DNA of 32,520 nucleotides from Chlorobiota bacterium (GTDB lineage Bacteria; Bacteroidota; Bacteroidia; Bacteroidales; B39-G9): NCBI GenBank assembly GCA_030632095.1, contig DAOVJU010000001.1, positions 1 to 32,520 of the forward strand, read 5' to 3'. Shown piece by piece: positions 27,101 to 32,520 of this stretch (position 1 is its first letter; each line of letters starts with the position of its first letter). The notes under the pieces were generated by a model. It saw only the letters and a program-made list of their open reading frames with translations, ran no database searches and was not told where the DNA came from. The position numbers and the translations under genes were made by a program.

Positions 27101-28973
27101 AAATGAAGGGCAATCCTGGTTACAGGAAACAGATTATGCATATAATATACGTGGATGGTTAACAAAAATTAATAATTCCAGGCTAAAATCAAAAAAATTT
27201 AACGATGATCTTTTTGGAATGGAATTAAATTATGTTTTAGGACTAACCGGATATCCCTGGAACGAGGCGAAAGATGCTTTAGATTACAAATCCGATCAGG
27301 GAGAAATAGAAGTAGAAAATCAATTCAATGGAAATATTACCGCTATGCAGTGGAGGTCTGCAAAAGATGATATCACACGAGGTTTTGCTTATAGCTACGA
27401 CAGTATAAACCGCTTAAACAAAGCGGAATACGCAAGTTTCGACATGCGTGAAGGATGGATACTGGAAAACAATTATTATACAGTAAAAGACATTTCATAT
27501 GATAAAAACGGGAATATAACAGAGTTAAAGCGAAGCGGTTTGCTTGAAGAAGATAAATATGGTTCAATTGATTTGCTGCAATATACTTATGATGGCAATA
27601 AGTTGACTAATGTATATGATTATTGCGATTCTGATAACGGCCAGGGATTCGTGGATGGAAATTCAAGTTTTGACCAGGAATATTTCTATGATGCCAATGG
27701 AAACCTGGAAAAGGATTTAAATAAGGAAATAGAAAAGATAAAATACAATTATCTTAATCTGCCTGTACAAATTGATTTTGCACACGGTAATCAAATAAAG
27801 TATATTTACGATGCTAATGGTGCAAAACTTAGGAAAGAAGTGTACGAAAGTGGTAATCTAATATCATACCGGGAATATGTTGGTGGCTTTGAATACGATG
27901 CCGATGGTTTAGAACTGATCCATACCGGCGATGGGCGATTAGTACCAAAAGAAGACAACAGTTTACGTTACGAATACTTTTTAAGAGACCATTTAGGGAA
28001 CGTGAGGGTTACTTTTACCGATGACAATAACGATGGTACTCCGGAAGTCTTGAGCGAAAGTTCTTACTACCCCTTTGGGCTAAGCTTTAATAACTATGTG
28101 TCAGGAAATAACCTGTCCACGAATCTCTATAAATACAATGGCAAGGAGGAACAAAATGATCATACTTTATCGTGGATCGACTACGGTGGCCGTGCGAATT
28201 ACGCCCCTGCAATTGCCAGATTTCAATCCATAGACCCCATGGCTGAAATCTACAATTTCCAGAGCCCATTTGCTTATGCTGCCAATAACCCAATACGGTT
28301 TATTGACTATAATGGCTTGGGTCCTGGAGATAGAGTTAAATACGCTCAAAATGCTGTTAGCACAGATACCAGAACTTATGGAAATCAAGATAATTATGCT
28401 TTAAAGATCTCTGATAATTATGTTGATTGCTCTGAATTTGCAATGGAAGTTGCTTTAGGTGATGGAATTAATTTGGGAAGTTATTATTCGGCTGATCAGG
28501 CTAATTATTTCAAAAACAATGGCGAATGGGTTACTGATGCAAGCAATGTTAGGAAAGGGGATTTTATTTACTGGAGTAAAAAAGAAGGTGGAACTATAAC
28601 TCATACTGGGGTTGTAACTGATATTGATAAAGATGGTAACTTAACTATAATGCAATCCTCAGGAAATAACGGTGGAGAAAGTATAAATGAAACCACAACT
28701 AATACTAATGGGGATTTATGGGCTGGATCCAAATGGGAGAGACATTTTGTTGGAGCCGGACGGCCTGAAGGGGAATTATATAAAGGAAAGGATTTTGCCG
28801 AAATAACAAAAACTGCTATAGGTTATTTATCTAAAAAATTAAGTTCTATTATGGCTACTTCAGTAGAAAGTTCAACTAGTAATGAGCCACAAGGATTAAT
28901 GTTTTTAAAGAATACTTCAAGTGAATATCATGATGGTAGAGATTTAGATCCTTCACAAGGTGGATTTTATTAA
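24189..28973 (+). CDS. Sec-signal RHS/YD-repeat polymorphic toxin with an NlpC/P60-like C-terminal domain
   Basis: 1594 aa. Signal peptide; two repeated beta-sandwich plus SprB-like modules; DUF6443-like entry (QNYVHSISPRKP...YFDGLGRTMQTIAVGISPSGKDVIQPIKYDAYGRQAKDYLPY). More than 10 YD repeats (YEYDERHRM, YDYDHAGRL, YSYDSINRL, YFYDANGNL, YIYDANGAKL...). RHS core (DHLGNVRV...YYPFGL...YKYNGKEEQ...SPFAYAANNPIRFIDYNGL), then a DCSEF...HTG cysteine-peptidase-like tip. Confidence 0.92.
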   Translation: MKRKYFQFILILLVTTVNIHAQKVYNVVWIDQENVSTDVYGDTNGTLLEKKGPSGWNAGAASLNILPANDKGYVEYEAEETETFKMFGLSYSAGSSGYSNIDYAIYLRGGEIQIYESGNRVGNYNQYETTYVFRVERNRGEIIYSVNGKILKATPLGLNDENKEMIVDISLHTPNAPMNFVKASFPYTDLSLSSHIVERTKQPDMLYADATGASGNYQYEWDNGHPLNNRAIDEYGEYSVTVTDESGLEAKAKIPVFADIEWIDLTNVSVNGNSIVKTNSNGWNAGAASRNKLDPGENGFVEYHAEETSKYKMFGLSYNNANASLSTIHYALYCRRGELRVYESGSYKATYGSYSVNDKLVVKRESGYIRYYRNDQLLRSVSIGSSNQNKEMIVDFSIASSGGKFTDMQCTFGNDLNTQLTTSGGPVLFIIAGETHGGKPPYSFSWNTGETTTSVSNKEYGRYILTVTDNWGKTEVTSVSLEISGDKNQNYVHSISPRKPVNNESALDAIEKIEKYNYFDGLGRTMQTIAVGISPSGKDVIQPIKYDAYGRQAKDYLPYTINSNGGYREHAFLEQENFYSEARNNGKFAYTAFPYAEKVFDNSPLNRVIEQGSPGKIWQPEFDNTIKSDLATNTTNEVRFWYMDGNNNCLSDDYYDNNELFVNIVTDENNNQVKKYTDKRGNIVLKKSQDGKNWLETYYVYDDFNLLRYVIMPGATKGGMFTDFDHCFYYEYDERHRMIKKQIPGAKEVYMVYDNLDRLVFSQDGNLREDHNKWMYNIYDNLNRPVKTCIFNNPANYSHDYLIYLVENSSFTTNASQYDVYTETWYDNYDFPEYNDYKYQRIDDFDVEPFMRVIGKVAHTKTYVPDLKIWLYSVIYYDKYNRVIQTISDNHIGGKDVVCNKYNFSGEIVKTMKIHNYEGPNKVIITERYDYDHAGRLLNTQHQVNDQDPVIASAMEYNELGEMNIKKMHSENEGQSWLQETDYAYNIRGWLTKINNSRLKSKKFNDDLFGMELNYVLGLTGYPWNEAKDALDYKSDQGEIEVENQFNGNITAMQWRSAKDDITRGFAYSYDSINRLNKAEYASFDMREGWILENNYYTVKDISYDKNGNITELKRSGLLEEDKYGSIDLLQYTYDGNKLTNVYDYCDSDNGQGFVDGNSSFDQEYFYDANGNLEKDLNKEIEKIKYNYLNLPVQIDFAHGNQIKYIYDANGAKLRKEVYESGNLISYREYVGGFEYDADGLELIHTGDGRLVPKEDNSLRYEYFLRDHLGNVRVTFTDDNNDGTPEVLSESSYYPFGLSFNNYVSGNNLSTNLYKYNGKEEQNDHTLSWIDYGGRANYAPAIARFQSIDPMAEIYNFQSPFAYAANNPIRFIDYNGLGPGDRVKYAQNAVSTDTRTYGNQDNYALKISDNYVDCSEFAMEVALGDGINLGSYYSADQANYFKNNGEWVTDASNVRKGDFIYWSKKEGGTITHTGVVTDIDKDGNLTIMQSSGNNGGESINETTTNTNGDLWAGSKWERHFVGAGRPEGELYKGKDFAEITKTAIGYLSKKLSSIMATSVESSTSNEPQGLMFLKNTSSEYHDGRDLDPSQGGFY
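28326..28970 (+). other. C-terminal toxin tip of the RHS protein: NlpC/P60- or CHAP-like cysteine peptidase/amidase fold (inferred)
   Basis: Begins right after ...FIDYNGLGPGD. Candidate catalytic Cys in YVDCSEFA (codon 28428-28430) and His in TITHTGVV (codon 28602-28604), 58 residues apart, followed by NLTIMQSSG. Confidence 0.6.
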
Positions 28974-28986
28974 TAATATAATTAAA

Positions 28987-29697
28987 ATGCAAACTATGTT
29001 TAGAATTATTTCAATATTAATTTTACTTATAACACTTGTTAATTGCAAGCCTGTAAATAGTGAGAAAAAAGAATCACGGGAAACAAAGGCAGAAGAACCG
29101 AAAATTAAGCAGGTTAAAGAATTAAGCTTTTGTGAACTACTTCAAAGTAAATCAAAAATTACAGGCCTACAGGAATTTGATTTGGAAAAACTAAATCTTA
29201 ACGAGGAAAATGTTAATGAAACCAATTTTAAAAAGGTTGACTCTGTTTTTTATACAAAATACCTGTTTGGAAACGATGAATTTACTAATACTTATACAGT
29301 AAATAACAGTCACAAATATGCTTACAAATACCTGTATTTTTATTCTTATATGGATAATGGGCCATGTAACAGTATTTTTCTAATTGATGATTGCTATGAT
29401 GGATCGAATAGTTACAAATTGTTATATATCAATTTTGATGATAACGGTAAAATTATTTCAAGCTTTACTTTAGCACGAGATTATTACTATCCTGGTGGTG
29501 GAATTGTTGAAAAATCATATTTTACAAACGGCGCAATTATTCATTACAATATTACCGGTAATGCAAAAAGCTATCCAGAAGAAAAAGGAAGATATTATCC
29601 GGAGTTTGACTCTGTAACTACCAAATACAAAATAAACGACAACGGTCTTTTTGAGAAATTAAATTATTATGATAGTGTAAGGTATGATACAAGATAA
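28987..29697 (+). CDS. lipoprotein, candidate cognate immunity protein
   Basis: From the ATG at 28987: MQTMFRIISILILLITLVNC (signal plus lipobox-like Cys). The gene starts 14 nt after the RHS stop. The track's GTG at 28960 would overlap the toxin stop. Confidence 0.6.
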   Translation: MQTMFRIISILILLITLVNCKPVNSEKKESRETKAEEPKIKQVKELSFCELLQSKSKITGLQEFDLEKLNLNEENVNETNFKKVDSVFYTKYLFGNDEFTNTYTVNNSHKYAYKYLYFYSYMDNGPCNSIFLIDDCYDGSNSYKLLYINFDDNGKIISSFTLARDYYYPGGGIVEKSYFTNGAIIHYNITGNAKSYPEEKGRYYPEFDSVTTKYKINDNGLFEKLNYYDSVRYDTR

Positions 29698-29726
29698 TTT
29701 TGCTTTACAGCATTAAAGAAAATAAC

Positions 29727-29760
29727 AAAGCCCTTTCAGAAATGGAAGGGTTTTTTGTTT
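29727..29760. terminator. bidirectional hairpin terminator between convergent operons
   Basis: AAAGCCCTT-TCAGAAATGG-AAGGGTTTT (one G-U pair) followed by TTGTTTT. On the opposite strand it is also followed by a T-rich run. Confidence 0.65.
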
Positions 29761-29765
29761 TACCG

Positions 29766-30056
29766 CTAATCTTCTACACCATAAACAAACTCATCAACCT
29801 TTTTTACATAAGCATAAAGCCAATAATGAATATGCTTGGTGTAATCTGTTTCATCCGAATAACTTTTTTTAAAATCTGCAGTCATGATGGAATAAATGCG
29901 TCTAGCTAATTGAAACACATCAGGATCAATGTTGTAAATAAAGACTTCTTTAAGCTCTTTTCTTAGTTCACTATCTTTAATTGAGATCAATATTTTTTTT
30001 ACAACTTCACAATTATTGGATAACTTGCGGAATATATCTTCATAATCATTAACCAT
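29766..30056 (-). CDS. hypothetical protein; possibly the detached C-terminal part of the upstream AbiC-like gene
   Basis: 96-aa ORF. Its frame stays open upstream to 30140, overlapping the end of ORF 30112..30567 in the +1 frame. Confidence 0.4.
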   Translation of the reverse strand: MVNDYEDIFRKLSNNCEVVKKILISIKDSELRKELKEVFIYNIDPDVFQLARRIYSIMTADFKKSYSDETDYTKHIHYWLYAYVKKVDEFVYGVED

Positions 30057-30111
30057 TTGAACTAAATGATGAATTCTAATACTTAGATTTTTTACTCCAG
30101 CGAAATCATTG

Positions 30112-30567
30112 TTAAGCAGGTATTTTATAGCCTTTATTCCTTATATTTCCATTAACCCTGGTACTTGGAGTAAAGTTATCTATGATTTTTTCAGCAAGTT
30201 CTAATTGTCTATAAATAACATTAGTAATCCTGGTTGTTTTAAATTCTTCACGCTGCAATTTAAGTTCTTCACGTTGCAATTTAAGTTCCTCTAATTGAGT
30301 ACCTAACTCCTTTCGTTGTACTCTCAATGCCAGGAAGAACAACAACACTCCAGCAAAAGCCCAGACAGAACCAACCAAACCACCAATAAAATCTCCAGCT
30401 TGTCCGGTTTCTTCCAACAAAATATTATTAGGCCCCAAAGCTTGGTAATCCCTTCTTAATTGAAATATAAAAATGAATAAGATTATTAAACCGGTTACAG
30501 AGAATATGAGAGCGAACAGGCCAATTATAAACTCTGAAGGACTAATGTTTTTGAAATAGTTTTTCAT
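30112..30567 (-). CDS. 2-TM plus coiled-coil protein resembling the N-terminal half of the putative abortive-infection family putAbiC
   Basis: 151 aa. TM1 IIGLFALIFSVTGLIILFIFIF, then GQAGDFIGGLVGSVWAFAGVLLFFLALRVQRKELGTQLEELKLQREELKLQREEF. This matches the GD.FGG...(TM)...Q..EL..QR.EL pattern I recall for that family. Confidence 0.55.
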   Translation of the reverse strand: MKNYFKNISPSEFIIGLFALIFSVTGLIILFIFIFQLRRDYQALGPNNILLEETGQAGDFIGGLVGSVWAFAGVLLFFLALRVQRKELGTQLEELKLQREELKLQREEFKTTRITNVIYRQLELAEKIIDNFTPSTRVNGNIRNKGYKIPA

Positions 30568-30605
30568 GTAAATACATTAATTAAAGCCATAAGCATTTTG
30601 GTTTT

Positions 30606-31259
30606 TTAATTACTCTTCAATAACTGTTTATACTCTTCTCTAAGCAGTGTAACCAATTTTTTATAGCTATATATTTTGGTGTCTCTTATCTCAATATATA
30701 CCTTTCTAATAAGCAAAAACATAAAAATTGATGCTATAAGAATTATTAATCCTATTATATAATCTACTCGAGTGACTTTAACAGGAGGGTCAATATAGTT
30801 CATAAAAGTGAATATAATCACTGTAACAACTCCTATTACAATACTTATAAAAGTCATATCCGATTTTCTATCATTAATTTTTTGATTTATTTCATCAATT
30901 AGAGATAAAATAATATGAGGGTTGTTAATCTTGTTATTTGATAGGTATTCTTTCAATTTTTTACATTGCACTTTACTAATTGGGTTGGGAACTTCATTCC
31001 AAGACATCTTAAAGGTATATTTATACTCTTTGTAAATACGGTTAAAGCTATAATAGATATGAGATAAGTATCCAAGAATTAAGGTAAATAATAATAAATA
31101 AGATATTAGCAATTTTTTGAAAAACAATATTGCTAAAATCGACCATACCAAGACTATAAAAAATGAAATGATAATAAACCTTCTTCGTTCATATTTAGGT
31201 AAAAGTGCAGTAGATGAGAAATTAGAATCGTATTCCTTAAGGAGATCTTCAGTAATCAT
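30606..31259 (-). CDS. 4-TM membrane protein of unknown function
   Basis: 217 aa. Two TM helices (res ~27-70), a soluble loop of about 60 aa, then two more TM helices (res ~127-185). No motif I recognise. Confidence 0.6.
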   Translation of the reverse strand: MITEDLLKEYDSNFSSTALLPKYERRRFIIISFFIVLVWSILAILFFKKLLISYLLLFTLILGYLSHIYYSFNRIYKEYKYTFKMSWNEVPNPISKVQCKKLKEYLSNNKINNPHIILSLIDEINQKINDRKSDMTFISIVIGVVTVIIFTFMNYIDPPVKVTRVDYIIGLIILIASIFMFLLIRKVYIEIRDTKIYSYKKLVTLLREEYKQLLKSN

Positions 31260-31411
31260 TACAGTGCAGCAATCTGATTTAATTTGCTTCTTTTGATAAA
31301 AGCGTCAATTATGTTCTTAATGGTCTTTTTGTCCTCATTATTCATTTTTTCTACTTCCTTGAATTGTTGTAGCAGTTCAGTATCTTTCAGGGCAGCCCTT
31401 GCCTTTTCGTC
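31259..31411 (-). pseudogene. start-less remnant resembling the C-terminal tail of an XRE-type regulator
   Basis: Open frame DEKARAALKDTELLQQFKEVEKMNNEDKKTIKNIIDAFIKRSKLNQIAAL then a stop. No usable start codon except an internal Met. Its TAA shares one base with the ATG of the 4-TM gene (TAATG). Confidence 0.35.
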
Positions 31412-31614
31412 TTAATGCCATACATTAAAAAATCGTTAGCCGTTTGCTTTTCTATTTTACCTTCCTGCATCATTTTAACCTGGTTAAGGTTGCTTTGCAG
31501 TTCAGCCAAAGATTTTTTATCAGGCTCTTGTATTTTAACATAATTCAGTGTTTTTATAAACTCCCAAAAGGCATGGAATTTATTATCGCTTATATTTAAA
31601 GTCAATTGCTTCAT
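31387..31614 (-). CDS. small antitoxin-like protein (family not identified)
   Basis: 75 aa. MKQLTLNISDNKFHAFWEFIKTLNYVKIQE...LNQVKMMQEGKIEKQTANDFL resembles small Bacteroidota proteins that usually precede RelE/ParE-type toxins. No such toxin follows here. Confidence 0.45.
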   Translation of the reverse strand: MKQLTLNISDNKFHAFWEFIKTLNYVKIQEPDKKSLAELQSNLNQVKMMQEGKIEKQTANDFLMYGIKTKRQGLP

Positions 31615-31727
31615 TTTTATATGTGTTCATATCTAATAAGATACTAAAATATATTAAAACATAATGATTATACAAAAATACATAATTATAAGATAGAATG
31701 AAACCTGAAAATAATAGGTTTATTTGC

Positions 31728-32351
31728 TCAATTCTTCACTTCAAACTCCAGTTCAAGTTGCTCATCAAGCAATCTGAAGCTCATTCTATGATATTTTGTA
31801 ACTCCATACTTTTTTATTGCTTCCCTGTGTTGTTTTGTTGGATACCCTTTATTTCTATCCCATGAATAAACAGGAAATTCTTCCCCGATTTTTCTCATAT
31901 ATTCATCCCTATGTGTTTTTGCCAGTATTGATGCTGCAGCAATTGATGCATATTTACCATCACCCTTAACTATACAATTAAATGGGATTTTTTTATACGG
32001 TTTAAATTTGTTTCCGTCAATTATCAAGTGTTCAGGAACCTGCTTAAGCAATATTATTGCTCTATGCATAGCAAGAATTGAAGCATTTAATATGTTTATT
32101 TTATCTATTTCTGCATTGCCTGCCTTTGCAACAGCCCAACAAAGCGCTTCTTTTTCAATTATTTCCTTTAACTCCAGCCTTGTTCTTTCGCTTAACTTTT
32201 TCGAATCATTTAACAATGGATGGTCAAATTGCGGGGGAAGCATCACAGCAGAGGCAAAAACCGGGCCTGCCAGGCAACCTCTTCCTGCTTCATCGCAACC
32301 TGCTTCACCTGTGTCAAGCTTGTAATATGGCTTTAAAAGGAATTTTTGCAT
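31728..32351 (-). CDS. rnhB: ribonuclease HII
   Basis: 207 aa with [19 protein letters not shown] and DSKKLS motifs, and the expected length. Confidence 0.95.
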   Translation of the reverse strand: MQKFLLKPYYKLDTGEAGCDEAGRGCLAGPVFASAVMLPPQFDHPLLNDSKKLSERTRLELKEIIEKEALCWAVAKAGNAEIDKINILNASILAMHRAIILLKQVPEHLIIDGNKFKPYKKIPFNCIVKGDGKYASIAAASILAKTHRDEYMRKIGEEFPVYSWDRNKGYPTKQHREAIKKYGVTKYHRMSFRLLDEQLELEFEVKN

Positions 32352-32520
32352 TTTTCCAATATTCCAATCAAATATTTAAAATATATCAATTTGCGTTTAT
32401 TTTTACTTCGCTATTCTTAATTCTATTGTTCAAATGTTCTATTGTTCGGTTTAACTATCTGCCACAACTTATTGAGAAGTTACTACTGAATCTGTCTTTT
32501 GTCTTCTAAAAAGCATTGCG

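Noticed and set aside
20181-28388. Short ORFs inside or antisense to the two giant toxin-locus genes (for example 20181..20390, 20410..20700, 21072..21269, 22938..23174, 24613..25248, 25870..26064, 26634..26987, 27373..27567, 28087..28388)
   Set aside because: They are all embedded in the 1272-aa or 1594-aa reading frames, which have continuous repeat and motif support. They have low-complexity translations.
23335-28973. T9SS C-terminal sorting domains on the large secreted proteins
   Set aside because: The RHS C-terminus is the toxin tip, and the C-terminus of the 1272-aa protein reads more like a BACON-type domain. I could not match either to the T9SS CTD pattern. This is unverified without an HMM search.
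29700-29909. 69-aa plus-strand ORF
   Set aside because: It spans the bidirectional terminator hairpin and is antisense to ORF 29766..30056.
30112-31259. Kiwa-like (KwaA 4-TM plus KwaB) or RexAB-like two-gene defence system
   Set aside because: The second gene is a short 2-TM coiled-coil protein, not a soluble ~300-aa partner. Only the TM count of the first gene fits, so this is not supportable from sequence alone.
31372-31428. A RelE/ParE-type toxin beginning at MYGIKTK, overlapping the end of the 75-aa antitoxin-like ORF
   Set aside because: The frame stops after 12 codons. The alternative frame that continues does not resemble RelE/ParE (there is no ...YR.R.GDYR..Y... core).
32008-32509. 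Two plus-strand ORFs (105 aa and 143 aa) at the right edge
   Set aside because: They are antisense to rnhB or run through its upstream spacer. They have Ser/Leu/Phe-rich shadow-frame composition.
1-32520. tRNA, rRNA, riboswitch or CRISPR content
   Set aside because: I scanned the intergenic regions by eye (656-958, 1529-1656, 13950-14491, 15942-16377, 17626-17945, 18336-19355, 31615-31727, 32352-32520). I found no cloverleaf-like or rRNA-like sequence and no repeat-spacer array. A covariance-model scan would be needed to be certain.

Overview
All family calls below come from reading motifs in the supplied translations and the raw sequence. No searches were run. The window is AT-rich and looks like Bacteroidota: several genes have a TAnnTTTG -7 box just upstream, there are no obvious Shine-Dalgarno sites, and the gene content fits (GH3-family gene, SprB-like repeats, an RHS protein with a DUF6443-like entry).

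Positions 1-15.9 kb are ordinary housekeeping genes: efp, a SpoIIE/PP2C phosphatase, an O-antigen ligase plus Wzz pair, tyrS, DUF502, MmcQ/YjbR, pdxA, an M17 aminopeptidase, a methionine gamma-lyase-like PLP enzyme, cvpA, GH3 and a deoxynucleoside kinase. One small MITE-like insertion carrying a decayed four-helix-bundle ORF interrupts this block. rnhB closes the window at 31.7-32.4 kb.

Between the kinase gene and rnhB lies an accessory block of about 15.7 kb. It contains:
- a 4 x 22-bp tandem repeat
- a DUF4143-type AAA ATPase
- a remnant of a Y1 (IS200-like/RAYT-like) transposase with hairpin repeats
- an XRE regulator
- a polymorphic-toxin cassette of about 10 kb
- a minus-strand membrane-protein operon (4-TM protein plus a 2-TM/coiled-coil protein resembling the putative AbiC family) that shows two reading-frame breaks

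The toxin cassette reads, in order: a truncated SpvB/TcB-N-like paralog; a 1272-aa SpvB-N-like secreted protein; a 146-aa secreted protein; a 1594-aa Sec-signal RHS/YD protein with an NlpC/P60-like C-terminal tip; and a lipoprotein that is the candidate immunity protein.

The two most interesting candidates are the SpvB-like plus RHS pairing, which has no secretion-system marker in view, and the uncharacterised membrane module. No tRNA, rRNA or CRISPR array was seen.
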